From NCBI RefSeq assembly GCF_058153355.1, contig NZ_CM177019.1: a stretch of 64,000 bases of DNA; one strand, 5' to 3'. Shown in pieces: positions 43,925 to 57,469 of the stretch. Numbering within the stretch: the stretch's first letter is position 1; each line of letters starts with the position of its first letter. The notes below the pieces were generated by a model. That model was not told where the DNA came from and did not search any database. It worked only from the letters and a program-made list of their open reading frames with translations. The position numbers were made by a program, and so were the translations under genes.

Positions 43925-46357
43925 CTACAACAACTGCGCCAGACGGTTAATATCCGACTGAATCGCCCCGGCGGTGACGTCGCGCCCTGCGCCTGGCCCA
44001 CGGATCACCAGCGGGTTGTCGCGATACCAGCGGCTTTCGATGGCAAAGACGTTATCGCACGGTAGTAGTGATGCCAGCGGATGGTCTTCTCGCACCGCTT
44101 CCACGCCTACTCGCGCTTTGCCGTTAGCATCGAAACGCGCCACGTAGCGCAACACCAGCCCCATTTCACGGGCCGCTTCCAACCGTTGTACCATCTGCTC
44201 ATTAAGTTCATCGCCATTTTCAAAGAAATGGTCGATGCTGCCACCTTCGCAATGGGTTGGCACCAGTGATTCAACACGCACCTGGTCCGGTTCAATGTTG
44301 TAACCCGCTTCACGCGCCAGAATCACCAGCTTGCGCATCACATCTTTGCCGGAGAGGTCATCACGCGGGTCAGGTTCAGTTAAGCCCTGCTGCCACGCCT
44401 GATCCACCAGCTCAGTAAACGGCACGCTACCGTCGAATTGCAGGAACAGCCAGGAGAGCGTGCCGGAGAAGATCCCGCTGATCGACAAAATAGTGTCGCC
44501 GCTGTCGATCAGATCGCGCACGGTATGGTTGATCGGCAAACCTGCGCCGACGGTGGCGTTGTATAGCCAGTGACGCCCGGTTTTTTCGAACGCGTCGTGG
44601 ATCTGTCGATATTTATTGCTGTCGCTGGCTCCCGCCAGTTTGTTGGCACTGATGACGTGGAAACCGTGGCTGGCGAAATCGAGATACTGATCAGCAAGCT
44701 GCTGGCTGGCAGTAACGTCCAGCACCACTAAATCATCATACGGATGGGCACGCATCCACAGGAACAGCGACTCTTCATCCTGTTCGACGGCTTCATCATT
44801 AAAGAAGGCTAGCGCACGGCTGGCGTCCAGCCCGTCATAGCTCAACAGGCTGCGACGGCTGTCCACCACGCCTGCCAGCACAAATTCAAAGCCGGTGCGC
44901 GCCGAGAGCGTGCTCTGCTCACGGGCGAACAGTTCCAGCCAGCGGGAACCGATATTGCCCTTACCGAACAATACCAGGCCGATGCGTTTTTCTGCGCGGA
45001 AGACGGACTGATGCAGCCCCTGAATCAGGCTTTCGGTCGGCCCGGTGCGCAGTACTGCCACCAGGCTGATGCCGTCATCGGACTGCCAGGTAAACTCGAC
45101 CGGCTGGCCTTTCAGTTGCTGCCAGAAGCGGTGGCAATGCAGCGGGTTACGGGTGACGCCCGCCCCAACCATCGCCACCAGCGCCAGCCCCTGACGCAGG
45201 CGCAGTTCGCCGGGTAATCCTGCTTCGTCGAGGATTTTCAGCGCACTGTCGGCCACTTCCGAGGTGTAGCAAAATTGCAGCAACTGGCGATCGTTATGCA
45301 CGCCAACTGCCAGTGGGCGCACCTGAGCACGTTTCAGGATTTGGTCGATCTCTTTATGCGCCAGTTTAAAATCCTGACTGGCGGGCACCTGAAACTCAAT
45401 CAAACAGACATCATCGTGGCTGGTGACAATACGCGCGCCAGTACCTGAGGCCAGCACGCGTTCAATACGCGTAGATCCTTGATCCGGTGTATAGCTACAG
45501 CGCAGCTGCAGGTCGATTTCGCTGCCAGAAACTGGCTGTAAAGTACGCGCGTGCAACACTGGCGCGGCAAGACGCGCCAGTTCACTGGCTTCATCAAGAC
45601 GCAGCAATGGCAGCAGACAGGCATCTTTCACTTTACGCGGGTCGGCACTATATACCCCGGCGACATCGCTCCAGATGGTTACGCGGGAAACCCCCGCCAG
45701 CGCACCGATTTGTGTCGCGGAATAGTCGGAACCGTTACGCCCCAGCAGCACCGTTTCACCGGCGTTGTTACGGCTGATAAACCCGGTCACCACCAGACGT
45801 TTGCCCGGATGTTGTACCAGTAGCTGTTGCAGCAACGGGTAAGAAAGCCCTTCATCAACCTGCGGCTGCGCGGCGCGTTCAGCGCGTAAAAACTCGCGGG
45901 CATCAAGCCAGGCCGCTGGCAGCCCTTGTTGATTAAGTACCGCAGACATCAGGCGCGCCGACCACACTTCACCGTGGCCCACCACTTCCGCATACACCGC
46001 ATCGTTAATACCGCTGTCGAGCAGCGCCGCCAGGCGTTCCAGATCGCTGACAAAAGCGCTAATGAGGCTATCGGCTTCTTCAGCGGGTAGCAGGCCGCTA
46101 ATCAGATCGCACTGATAGCGACGCAGCGTTTGTTGAACCTGATGCGCAGAGAGACGATCGGTCTGGCTTAGTTTCAACCAGTTAATCAACTGGTTAGTGG
46201 TGCTACCGGCGGCGGAAACCACCATCATATCGTCAGGCTGAGAGTACTCCGCCATAATGCCCGCGACACGCAAATAACACTTCACATCAGCCAGACTACT
46301 GCCACCAAATTTATGCAGTTGACGACCTTTCGCCCCTGCCTGCGCAATCACACTCAT
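43925..46357 (-). CDS. metL: bifunctional aspartokinase II / homoserine dehydrogenase II
   Basis: 810-aa ORF MSVIAQAGAKGRQLHKFGGSSLADVKCYLRVAGIMAEYSQPDDMMVVSAAG. Confidence 0.96.
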   Translation of the reverse strand: MSVIAQAGAKGRQLHKFGGSSLADVKCYLRVAGIMAEYSQPDDMMVVSAAGSTTNQLINWLKLSQTDRLSAHQVQQTLRRYQCDLISGLLPAEEADSLISAFVSDLERLAALLDSGINDAVYAEVVGHGEVWSARLMSAVLNQQGLPAAWLDAREFLRAERAAQPQVDEGLSYPLLQQLLVQHPGKRLVVTGFISRNNAGETVLLGRNGSDYSATQIGALAGVSRVTIWSDVAGVYSADPRKVKDACLLPLLRLDEASELARLAAPVLHARTLQPVSGSEIDLQLRCSYTPDQGSTRIERVLASGTGARIVTSHDDVCLIEFQVPASQDFKLAHKEIDQILKRAQVRPLAVGVHNDRQLLQFCYTSEVADSALKILDEAGLPGELRLRQGLALVAMVGAGVTRNPLHCHRFWQQLKGQPVEFTWQSDDGISLVAVLRTGPTESLIQGLHQSVFRAEKRIGLVLFGKGNIGSRWLELFAREQSTLSARTGFEFVLAGVVDSRRSLLSYDGLDASRALAFFNDEAVEQDEESLFLWMRAHPYDDLVVLDVTASQQLADQYLDFASHGFHVISANKLAGASDSNKYRQIHDAFEKTGRHWLYNATVGAGLPINHTVRDLIDSGDTILSISGIFSGTLSWLFLQFDGSVPFTELVDQAWQQGLTEPDPRDDLSGKDVMRKLVILAREAGYNIEPDQVRVESLVPTHCEGGSIDHFFENGDELNEQMVQRLEAAREMGLVLRYVARFDANGKARVGVEAVREDHPLASLLPCDNVFAIESRWYRDNPLVIRGPGAGRDVTAGAIQSDINRLAQLL

Positions 46358-46359
46358 TT

Positions 46360-47520
46360 TTACCCCTTGTTTGCAGCCCGGAAGCCATTTTCCAGGTCGG
46401 CAATTAAATCTTCGCCATCTTCAATACCGGTGGAGATACGCAGCAGCGTCTCGGAGATCCCGGCGGCAGCACGCGCTTCTGGTGCCATGCCTGCATGTGT
46501 CATGGTTGCGGCGTGAGAGATTAAACTTTCCACTCCCCCTAATGATTCCGCCAGCGTAAACAACGACAACCCGCCCAGGAAACGACGCAGCGTCTGCTCA
46601 TCGCCATCCAGTTCAAAACTCAACATTGCGCCAAAGCCTTTTTGCTGGCGCGCGGCAATTTCATGCCCCTGATTTTCCGGCAGCGACGGGTGATACAGTT
46701 TTTTCACCAACGGCTGGGTTTGCAGATATTTCACAATCGTCTGCGCGTTGCGCTGCGCCAGCTCCATACGCGGCACCAGCGTTCGCAACCCGCGTAGCAG
46801 CAGATAGCTGTCAAACGCGCCGCCCGTCACACCAATATTGTTTGCCCACCAGGCCAGTTCGGTGACAACGTCCGGGTCTTTAGCAATCACCACGCCAGCC
46901 ACTACATCTGAGTGACCGTTCAGATATTTCGTGCATGAATGCAACACCAGATCGGCACCTAATGCCAGTGGATTTTGTAATGCCGGGCTTAAGAAGGTGT
47001 TATCCACCACGCTCACCGCCCCGACTTCCCTTGCCAGATGGCAGATTTTCGCAATATCCACGACGCGTAACAATGGATTACTTGGGCTTTCTACCAGTAC
47101 TAGTTTGGGTTTTTCTGCCAGTGCCGCCTGCAATGCCTGCTCATCTCCTTGATCAACAAACAGCACGCGATAACAGCCGCGTTTCGCCAGGCTGTCGAAC
47201 AGGCGATAGCTGCCGCCGTAGCAGTCGTGCGGTGCAACCAGCAAATCGCCAGGTTTCAAAAAGACAGTCGTTACCAGGTGGATGGCAGACATGCCGGTAT
47301 TAGTCAGCACTGCACCAGCACCGCCTTCCAGTTCTGCCAGCGCACGCTGAACCACATCGCGCGTTGGGTTGCCGCGACGCGAGTAATCATGCGCGCGCGG
47401 TTCATTAAATCCGATAAAGTTATAGGTGCTGGAAAGATGGATGGGAGGGACAACGCAACCATACTGTTCGTCGTCATTTAACCCGCTACGCACTGCGATG
47501 GTGGCCTGTTTACGCGTCAT
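46360..47520 (-). CDS. metB: cystathionine gamma-synthase
   Basis: ORF 46360..47697; MTRKQATIAVRSGLNDDEQYGCVVPPIHLSSTY onward (386 aa). Confidence 0.95.
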   Translation of the reverse strand: MTRKQATIAVRSGLNDDEQYGCVVPPIHLSSTYNFIGFNEPRAHDYSRRGNPTRDVVQRALAELEGGAGAVLTNTGMSAIHLVTTVFLKPGDLLVAPHDCYGGSYRLFDSLAKRGCYRVLFVDQGDEQALQAALAEKPKLVLVESPSNPLLRVVDIAKICHLAREVGAVSVVDNTFLSPALQNPLALGADLVLHSCTKYLNGHSDVVAGVVIAKDPDVVTELAWWANNIGVTGGAFDSYLLLRGLRTLVPRMELAQRNAQTIVKYLQTQPLVKKLYHPSLPENQGHEIAARQQKGFGAMLSFELDGDEQTLRRFLGGLSLFTLAESLGGVESLISHAATMTHAGMAPEARAAAGISETLLRISTGIEDGEDLIADLENGFRAANKG

Positions 47521-47583
47521 GTGATGAAGTTCCCTGGGCTTGGTCGGTGAAATGTCAGGCACCAGAGTAAACATTGTGTTAAT

Positions 47584-47615
47584 GGACGTCAATACATCTG
47601 GACATCTAAACTTCT
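47584..47615. promoter_or_regulatory. MetJ boxes in the divergent metBL / metJ control region
   Basis: ggacgtcaatacatctggacatctaaacttct: tandem 8-bp met-box-like repeats. Confidence 0.7.
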
Positions 47616-47796
47616 TTGCGTATAGATTGAGCAAATCCCAAATAGCCGTTAAAATTATATGCATTATCACGCCGACAGGTGCATTACACGATGTCACGGT
47701 AACGCCTGTACGGTAAACTATGCGGGTTTACGGTCAGTACCCACATAAATTGTGTGGTCTGGTCTCAATTTATTGACGAAGAGGATTAAGTATCTC

Positions 47797-48114
47797 ATGG
47801 CTGAATGGAGCGGCGAATATATCAGCCCATACGCTGAGCACGGCAAGAAGAGTGAACAAGTCAAAAAGATTACGGTTTCCATTCCTCTTAAGGTGTTAAA
47901 AATCCTCACCGATGAACGCACGCGTCGTCAGGTGAACAACCTGCGTCACGCTACCAACAGCGAGCTGCTGTGCGAAGCGTTTCTGCATGCCTTTACCGGG
48001 CAACCTCTGCCGGATGATGCCGACCTGCGTAAAGAGCGCAGCGACGAAATCCCGGAAGCGGCAAAAGAGATCATGCGTGAGATGGGGATTAACCCGGAAA
48101 CGTGGGAATACTAA
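47797..48114 (+). CDS. metJ: methionine repressor MetJ
   Basis: ORF 47752..48114; [66 protein letters not shown] (105 aa). Confidence 0.96.
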
Positions 48115-48173
48115 AGCGGAAAAGAGCGGCGCGGAGTTAACCAGCCGCTTTTTTCATACATGGACGTTTAACT

Positions 48174-48782
48174 ATGAAATACAGGCTACTGATCCTCAGC
48201 ATGCTGGTTTCTGTGCCTGCCCTTGCCTGGCAGCCGGAAACTGGCGACATCATCTTTCAGATCTCTCGCTCATCGCAAAGTAAAGCAATCCAACTGGCGA
48301 CCCATTCCGATTACAGCCACACCGGTATGCTGGTGATGCGTAACAAAAAGCCCTACGTTTTTGAAGCGGTCGGCCCGGTGAAATACACCCCGCTCAAGCA
48401 GTGGATCGCCCATGGTGAAAAGGGCAAATACGTTGTTCGCCGCGTTGAAGGCGGACTGAGTGTTGAACAACAGCAAAAACTGGCGCAAACGGCAAAACGT
48501 TATCTCGGCAAACCGTACGATTTCAGCTTCTCGTGGAGTGATGATCGCCAGTACTGTTCGGAAGTAGTGTGGAAGGTTTACCAGAACGCACTGGGAATGC
48601 GCGTGGGTGAACAGCAAAAACTGAAAGAGTTCGATCTCAGCAACCCGCTGGTTCAGGCGAAGCTCAAAGAACGTTACGGGAAAAATATTCCGCTTGAAGA
48701 AACGGTGGTCTCGCCACAAGCCGTTTTCGATGCGCCACAACTCACCACAGTCGCCAAAGAATGGCCGCTGTTTTCGTGGTAA
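48174..48782 (+). CDS. yiiX: YiiX-family lipoprotein / permuted papain-like hydrolase
   Basis: 202-aa ORF with signal peptide MKYRLLILSMLVSVPALA; position between metJ and rpmE as in E. coli. Confidence 0.85.
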   Translation: MKYRLLILSMLVSVPALAWQPETGDIIFQISRSSQSKAIQLATHSDYSHTGMLVMRNKKPYVFEAVGPVKYTPLKQWIAHGEKGKYVVRRVEGGLSVEQQQKLAQTAKRYLGKPYDFSFSWSDDRQYCSEVVWKVYQNALGMRVGEQQKLKEFDLSNPLVQAKLKERYGKNIPLEETVVSPQAVFDAPQLTTVAKEWPLFSW

Positions 48783-48802
48783 TACGACCAAAATTCAGGC
48801 AC

Positions 48803-48830
48803 AAAAAAAGCGCCGTGCGGCGCTTTTTTC
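48803..48830. terminator. bidirectional intrinsic terminator between convergent yiiX and rpmE
   Basis: aaaaaaagcgccgtgcggcgcttttttc: GC hairpin flanked by A-run and T-run. Confidence 0.8.
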
Positions 48831-48842
48831 GGAAATCCGGTC

Positions 48843-49094
<252 letters not shown>

Positions 49095-49098
49095 CTAA

Positions 49099-51456
<2,358 letters not shown>

Positions 51457-51611
51457 TGCGCAAACGATGCGAGGCGGATCGAAAAATTCAATATTCATCA
51501 CACTTTTCATGAAAATTCTGTAACCGTTTTCACGCGCTATCTGCTAAAAATGTTGCCGATGTGAAGTAAACATGGAAGTAGTACGCCTGCCGTGCCGGGC
51601 GAGGAGTGAGT

Positions 51612-52637
51612 GTGAAAGCGAAGAAGCAGGAAACTGCCGCGACCATGAAAGACGTTGCCCTGAAGGCAAAAGTCTCTACAGCGACCGTCTCCCGAGCATT
51701 AATGAATCCCGATAAAGTCTCCCAGGCCACCCGTAATCGGGTTGAAAAAGCGGCCCGGGAAGTAGGTTATTTGCCGCAGCCTATGGGGCGCAACGTCAAG
51801 CGTAATGAATCCCGTACCATTCTGGTGATTGTCCCGGATATCTGCGATCCCTTCTTTAGCGAAATTATTCGCGGTATCGAAGTTACGGCGGCAAATCACG
51901 GATATCTGGTGCTGATTGGCGACTGTGCGCATCAAAATCAGCAGGAAAAAACCTTTATCGATTTGATCATCACCAAGCAAATTGATGGCATGTTGCTGCT
52001 GGGTTCAAGGCTGCCGTTTGATGCCAGCATTGAGGAACAGCGTAATCTGCCGCCGATGGTGATGGCGAACGAATTTGCACCGGAACTGGAGCTACCAACA
52101 GTTCATATCGACAATCTGACCGCCGCATTTGATGCAGTAAATTATTTATATGAGCAAGGGCATAAACGGATTGGCTGTATAGCCGGTCCCGAAGAGATGC
52201 CGCTGTGTCACTACCGCCTGCAAGGCTACGTTCAGGCGCTGCGTCGCTGCGGCATTATGGTTGATCCGCAATACATCGCCCGGGGCGACTTCTCCTTTGA
52301 AGCCGGAAGCAAAGCGATGCAACAGCTGCTTGCTCTTCCGCAACCGCCTACTGCTGTCTTCTGCCATAGTGATGTGATGGCGCTCGGCGCACTTTCTCAG
52401 GCAAAACGCCAGGGGCTGAAAGTCCCGGATGATCTGTCCATAATCGGTTTTGATAACATCGACCTGACGCAATTTTGTGATCCGCCGCTGACAACCATCG
52501 CGCAGCCGCGTTACGAAATCGGTCGGGAAGCTATGCTGTTATTGCTTGATCAAATGCAGGGGCAACACGTTGGCAGTGGCTCTCGTTTAATGGACTGCGA
52601 ACTTATCATCCGGGGATCAACACGCGCGTTACCTTAA
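51612..52637 (+). CDS. cytR: LacI-family transcriptional repressor CytR
   Basis: ORF from 51606; MKAKKQETAATMKDVALKAKVSTATVSRALMNPDKVS... (341 aa if started at the GTG two codons in). Confidence 0.93.
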   Translation: MKAKKQETAATMKDVALKAKVSTATVSRALMNPDKVSQATRNRVEKAAREVGYLPQPMGRNVKRNESRTILVIVPDICDPFFSEIIRGIEVTAANHGYLVLIGDCAHQNQQEKTFIDLIITKQIDGMLLLGSRLPFDASIEEQRNLPPMVMANEFAPELELPTVHIDNLTAAFDAVNYLYEQGHKRIGCIAGPEEMPLCHYRLQGYVQALRRCGIMVDPQYIARGDFSFEAGSKAMQQLLALPQPPTAVFCHSDVMALGALSQAKRQGLKVPDDLSIIGFDNIDLTQFCDPPLTTIAQPRYEIGREAMLLLLDQMQGQHVGSGSRLMDCELIIRGSTRALP

Positions 52638-52728
52638 AGTAAACCTTTAAGACTGCCGTGACTGGTCAAAGGCCCGCCGCTTAAGTAACATGGCGGGCTG
52701 ACGAACGAATAAATACAGCGAAACGATA

Positions 52729-53676
52729 GTGGCACAACGAGATTATGTACGCCGCAGCCAACCGGCACCTTCGCGGCGAAAAAAAAGCACCTCACGGAAA
52801 AAGCAACGAAATCTGCCTGCGGTTTCTCCCGCAATGGTCGCTATTGCTGCCGCCGTTCTTGTGACCTTTATCGGTGGTCTGTACTTCATTACGCATCACA
52901 AGAAAGAAGAGTCCGAGACGCTGCAAAGCCAGAAAGTGACCGGAAACGGATTACCACCGAAACCAGAAGAACGCTGGCGCTACATTAAAGAGCTGGAAAG
53001 TCGCCAGCCGGGTGTGCGTGCACCAACAGAACCTTCTGCCGGTGGTGAAGTGAAAACGCCGGAACAACTGACACCAGAACAACGTCAGCTTCTTGAACAA
53101 ATGCAGGCTGATATGCGCCAGCAACCAACGCAACTGGTTGAAGTCCCATGGAATGAACAGACGCCGGAACAGCGTCAGCAAACGCTTCAACGTCAGGCAC
53201 AACAGCGTCAGATTCAGGCGGCTCAACAGCAGCAGCGTCAGGCTGAGCAGGCATATCAACAACCGCGTACCGCGCAAGCGCAGCAACCACCGCGCCAGAC
53301 GCAGCAGACTCGCCAGGCGGCTCAGCAGCCGTACCAGGATCTCCTGCAAACGCCAGCACACACTGCCGCGGCGCAGCCGAAGTCACAGCAAGTCGCGCCT
53401 GTTAGCCGGGCCGCTGACGCGCCAAAACAGACGGCAGAGAAAAAAGACGAGCGGCGCTGGATGGTACAGTGCGGTTCGTTCCGAGGCGCGGAACAGGCAG
53501 AGACGGTACGTGCTCAGCTGGCGTTCGAAGGCTTTGACTCGAAAATTACCACCAACAATGGCTGGAATCGTGTGGTGATTGGCCCGATTAAAGGGAAAGA
53601 AAATGCCGACGGCACCCTGAATCGCCTGAAGATGGCGGGTCATACAAACTGTATTCGACTCGCCGCCGGGGGTTGA
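52729..53676 (+). CDS. ftsN: cell division protein FtsN
   Basis: 315-aa ORF MAQRDYVRRSQPAPSRRKKSTSRKKQRNL, TM helix, Gln-rich linker, C-terminal SPOR domain (WMVQCGSFRGAEQAETVRAQLAFEGF). Confidence 0.93.
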   Translation: MAQRDYVRRSQPAPSRRKKSTSRKKQRNLPAVSPAMVAIAAAVLVTFIGGLYFITHHKKEESETLQSQKVTGNGLPPKPEERWRYIKELESRQPGVRAPTEPSAGGEVKTPEQLTPEQRQLLEQMQADMRQQPTQLVEVPWNEQTPEQRQQTLQRQAQQRQIQAAQQQQRQAEQAYQQPRTAQAQQPPRQTQQTRQAAQQPYQDLLQTPAHTAAAQPKSQQVAPVSRAADAPKQTAEKKDERRWMVQCGSFRGAEQAETVRAQLAFEGFDSKITTNNGWNRVVIGPIKGKENADGTLNRLKMAGHTNCIRLAAGG

Positions 53677-53700
53677 AACCCTCAAAATCCCCCCCATCTA
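53673..53700 (+). promoter_or_regulatory. sigma-32 (heat-shock) promoter of hslVU
   Basis: ttgaaa (-35) and ccccatcta (-10) with about 13-bp spacing, matching the sigma-32 consensus, about 70 bp upstream of hslV. Confidence 0.7.
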
Positions 53701-53768
53701 TAATTGCATTATGCCCCGTACTTTTGTACGGGGTTTGTACTCTGTATTCGTAACCAAGGGGTCAGCTC

Positions 53769-54299
53769 GTGACAACTATAGTAAGCGTACGCCGTAACGG
53801 CCATGTGGTCATCGCTGGTGATGGTCAGGCCACGTTGGGCAATACCGTAATGAAAGGTAACGTGAAAAAGGTCCGCCGTCTGTACAACGACAAAGTCATC
53901 GCGGGCTTTGCGGGCGGTACTGCGGATGCTTTTACGCTGTTCGAACTGTTTGAACGTAAACTGGAAATGCATCAGGGCCATCTGGTCAAAGCCGCCGTTG
54001 AACTGGCAAAAGACTGGCGTACCGATCGCATGTTACGCAAACTTGAAGCACTGCTGGCAGTCGCGGATGAAACCGCTTCACTGATCATCACCGGTAACGG
54101 TGACGTGGTGCAGCCAGAAAACGATCTTATTGCTATCGGCTCCGGCGGCCCTTACGCCCAGGCTGCGGCGCGCGCGCTGTTAGAAAACACTGAACTAAGC
54201 GCCCGTGAAATTGCTGAAAAGGCGTTGGATATTGCAGGCGACATTTGCATCTATACCAACCATTTCCACACCATCGAAGAATTAAGCTACAAAGCGTAA
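53769..54299 (+). CDS. hslV: ATP-dependent protease subunit HslV
   Basis: 176-aa ORF (GTG start) [31 protein letters not shown]-terminal Thr nucleophile. Confidence 0.96.
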
Positions 54300-54308
54300 G
54301 GATCTCCC

Positions 54309-55640
54309 ATGTCTGAAATGACCCCACGCGAAATCGTCAGCGAACTGGATAAACACATCATCGGCCAGGATAACGCCAAGCGTTCCGTGGCGATTGCACT
54401 GCGTAACCGCTGGCGTCGCATGCAGCTTAACGAAGAGCTGCGCCATGAAGTGACCCCGAAAAATATCCTGATGATCGGCCCGACCGGTGTCGGTAAAACT
54501 GAAATCGCTCGTCGTCTGGCTAAGCTGGCGAATGCGCCGTTCATTAAAGTTGAAGCGACCAAATTCACCGAAGTGGGCTATGTAGGTAAGGAAGTGGATT
54601 CTATTATCCGCGATCTGACCGATGCCGCCGTGAAAATGGTACGCGTCCAGGCTATTGAGAAAAACCGTTATCGCGCTGAAGAACTGGCAGAAGAACGTAT
54701 TCTCGACGTGCTGATCCCACCGGCTAAAAACAACTGGGGACAGACCGAACAACAGCAGGAACCGTCCGCTGCTCGTCAGGCATTCCGCAAAAAACTGCGT
54801 GAAGGCCAGCTCGATGACAAAGAAATCGAGATCGATCTTGCCGCAGCACCGATGGGCGTTGAAATTATGGCGCCTCCGGGAATGGAAGAGATGACCAGCC
54901 AGCTGCAGTCCATGTTCCAGAACCTGGGTGGTCAGAAACAAAAAGCGCGTAAGCTGAAAATCAAAGACGCCATGAAGCTGCTGATTGAAGAAGAAGCGGC
55001 GAAACTGGTGAATCCGGAAGAGCTGAAGCAAGACGCTATCGACGCCGTTGAACAGCACGGGATCGTGTTTATCGACGAAATCGACAAAATCTGTAAGCGC
55101 GGCGAGTCTTCCGGTCCGGATGTTTCTCGTGAAGGTGTTCAGCGTGACCTGCTGCCGCTGGTAGAAGGTTGCACCGTTTCCACCAAACACGGGATGGTCA
55201 AAACTGACCACATTCTGTTTATCGCTTCTGGCGCGTTCCAGATTGCGAAACCGTCTGACCTGATCCCGGAACTGCAAGGTCGTCTGCCAATCCGCGTTGA
55301 ACTGCAGGCACTGACCACCAGCGACTTCGAGCGTATTCTGACCGAGCCGAATGCCTCTATCACCGTGCAGTACAAAGCACTGATGGCGACTGAAGGCGTA
55401 AATATCGAGTTCACCGACTCCGGTATTAAGCGGATCGCGGAAGCAGCATGGCAGGTGAACGAATCTACCGAAAACATCGGTGCTCGTCGTTTACATACTG
55501 TTCTGGAGCGTTTAATGGAAGAGATTTCCTACGACGCCAGCGATTTAAGCGGTCAAACCATCACTATTGACGCAGATTATGTGAGCAAACATCTGGATGC
55601 GTTGGTGGCAGATGAAGATCTGAGCCGTTTTATCCTATAA
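54309..55640 (+). CDS. hslU: ATP-dependent protease ATPase subunit HslU
   Basis: 443-aa [43 protein letters not shown], Walker A GPTGVGKT. Confidence 0.97.
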
Positions 55641-55671
55641 TCGCGTTCAATCATTTTCATCATTGTTTGAT

Positions 55672-55694
55672 GGGGCTGAAAGGCCCCATTTTTA
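55672..55694 (+). terminator. intrinsic terminator after hslU
   Basis: ggggctgaaaggcccc followed by attttta. Confidence 0.7.
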
Positions 55695-55706
55695 TTGGCG
55701 CGTATT

Positions 55707-56633
55707 ATGACTGAACAACAAATTAGCCGAACTCAGGCGTGGCTGGAAAGTTTACGACCTAAAACCCTCCCCCTCGCCTTTGCTGCAATTATCGTCGGGA
55801 CGGCGCTGGCATGGTGGCAAGGTCACTTCGATCCGCTGGTCGCCCTGCTGGCACTGATTACCGCCGGACTGCTTCAAATTCTCTCTAACCTCGCTAATGA
55901 TTACGGCGATGCAGTAAAAGGCAGCGATAAACCTGACCGCATTGGCCCGCTACGTGGCATGCAAAAAGGGGTCATTACCCAGCAAGAGATGAAACGGGCG
56001 CTCATTATTACCGTCGTCCTCATCTGTCTCTCCGGGCTGGCGTTGGTTGCAGTGGCGTGCCATACGCTGGCCGATTTTGTCGGCTTCCTGATTCTTGGCG
56101 GGTTGTCGATCATTGCCGCTATCACCTACACCGTGGGCAATCGTCCTTATGGTTATATCGGTCTGGGTGATATTTCCGTACTGGTTTTCTTTGGCTGGTT
56201 AAGCGTCATGGGCAGCTGGTATTTACAGGCTCATACGTTGATTCCGGCGTTGATCCTTCCGGCGACCGCATGCGGCCTGCTGGCAACGGCAGTACTGAAC
56301 ATTAATAACCTGCGTGATATCAATAGCGACCGCGAAAACGGCAAAAACACGCTGGTGGTGCGCTTAGGTGCAGTAAACGCGCGTCGTTATCATGCCTGCC
56401 TGCTGATGGGCTCTCTGGTGTGTCTGGCGCTGTTTAATCTCTTTTCGCTGCATAGCCTGTGGGGCTGGCTGTTCCTGCTGGCGGCACCATTACTGGTGAA
56501 GCAAGCCCGTTATGTGATGCGGGAAATGGACCCGGTGGCGATGCGACCGATGCTGGAACGCACTGTCAAGGGAGCGTTACTGACTAACCTGCTGTTTGTT
56601 TTAGGGATATTCCTAAGCCAGTGGGCAGCATAA
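55707..56633 (+). CDS. menA: 1,4-dihydroxy-2-naphthoate octaprenyltransferase
   Basis: ORF 55695..56633; MTEQQISRTQAWLESLRPKTLPLAFAAI onward (308 aa); UbiA-family polytopic membrane protein. Confidence 0.93.
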   Translation: MTEQQISRTQAWLESLRPKTLPLAFAAIIVGTALAWWQGHFDPLVALLALITAGLLQILSNLANDYGDAVKGSDKPDRIGPLRGMQKGVITQQEMKRALIITVVLICLSGLALVAVACHTLADFVGFLILGGLSIIAAITYTVGNRPYGYIGLGDISVLVFFGWLSVMGSWYLQAHTLIPALILPATACGLLATAVLNINNLRDINSDRENGKNTLVVRLGAVNARRYHACLLMGSLVCLALFNLFSLHSLWGWLFLLAAPLLVKQARYVMREMDPVAMRPMLERTVKGALLTNLLFVLGIFLSQWAA

Positions 56634-56725
56634 CTGACAAATATCAATTAACAATTGATGATTTTGCCAACAGCCCACATAGCGCGATATACTGAAAATT
56701 CTCGCAGCAACTGAATGTTAAGCCT

Positions 56726-57211
56726 ATGAAATACGATACTTCCGAGCTTTGTGACATCTATCAAGAAGATGTTAACGTCGTGGAACCGCTGTTCTCCAAT
56801 TTTGGCGGACGGGCGTCGTTTGGCGGACAAATAATCACGGTAAAATGTTTCGAGGACAACGGGTTGCTGTACGATCTGCTCGAACAGAATGGCCGTGGTC
56901 GTGTTCTCGTCGTTGATGGCGGTGGTTCTGTTCGTCGCGCACTGGTCGATGCTGAGCTGGCGCGTCTGGCAGTACAAAATGAATGGGAAGGCCTGGTCAT
57001 TTACGGCGCGGTGCGTCAGGTAGATGACCTGGAAGAGCTGGATATCGGCATCCAGGCGATGGCAGCAATTCCAGTCGGTGCCGCTGGCGAAGGCATTGGC
57101 GAAAGCGATGTCCGCGTTAATTTTGGCGGCGTCACCTTCTTCTCCGGTGACCATCTTTATGCCGACAATACCGGAATTATTCTTTCAGAAGATCCGCTGG
57201 ATATTGAATAA
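56726..57211 (+). CDS. rraA: RNase E inhibitor RraA
   Basis: 161-aa [49 protein letters not shown]. Confidence 0.95.
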
Positions 57212-57228
57212 GTACCTGCCATGCGTTA

Positions 57229-57254
57229 AAAGGGGAATTAAATTCCCCTTTTTT
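57229..57254 (+). terminator. intrinsic terminator after rraA
   Basis: aaaaggggaattaaattcccctttttta. Confidence 0.75.
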
Positions 57255-57469
57255 ATATGCAAAATATTCATAAAGACTATCGTTTGTTTTTATTTAATTC
57301 ATTTTAAATATCAATAGTTCACATCTGACAATATAAATTAATTATCGATAAATCATTTCATAAAAATATGCAGCATTAAAAATTAATGCTATATGGTAAA
57401 TTAACTATTCTGGGAATAGGGATATGAATCATCGTTAGTAGCGAACGTATTATATAATAAGGGACTGAT

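Noticed and set aside
53100-53400. Gln-rich repetitive coding stretch in ftsN considered as a tandem-repeat locus
   Set aside because: It is the known low-complexity linker of FtsN, not a nucleotide-level tandem repeat array; retained only as a low-interest allelic note.
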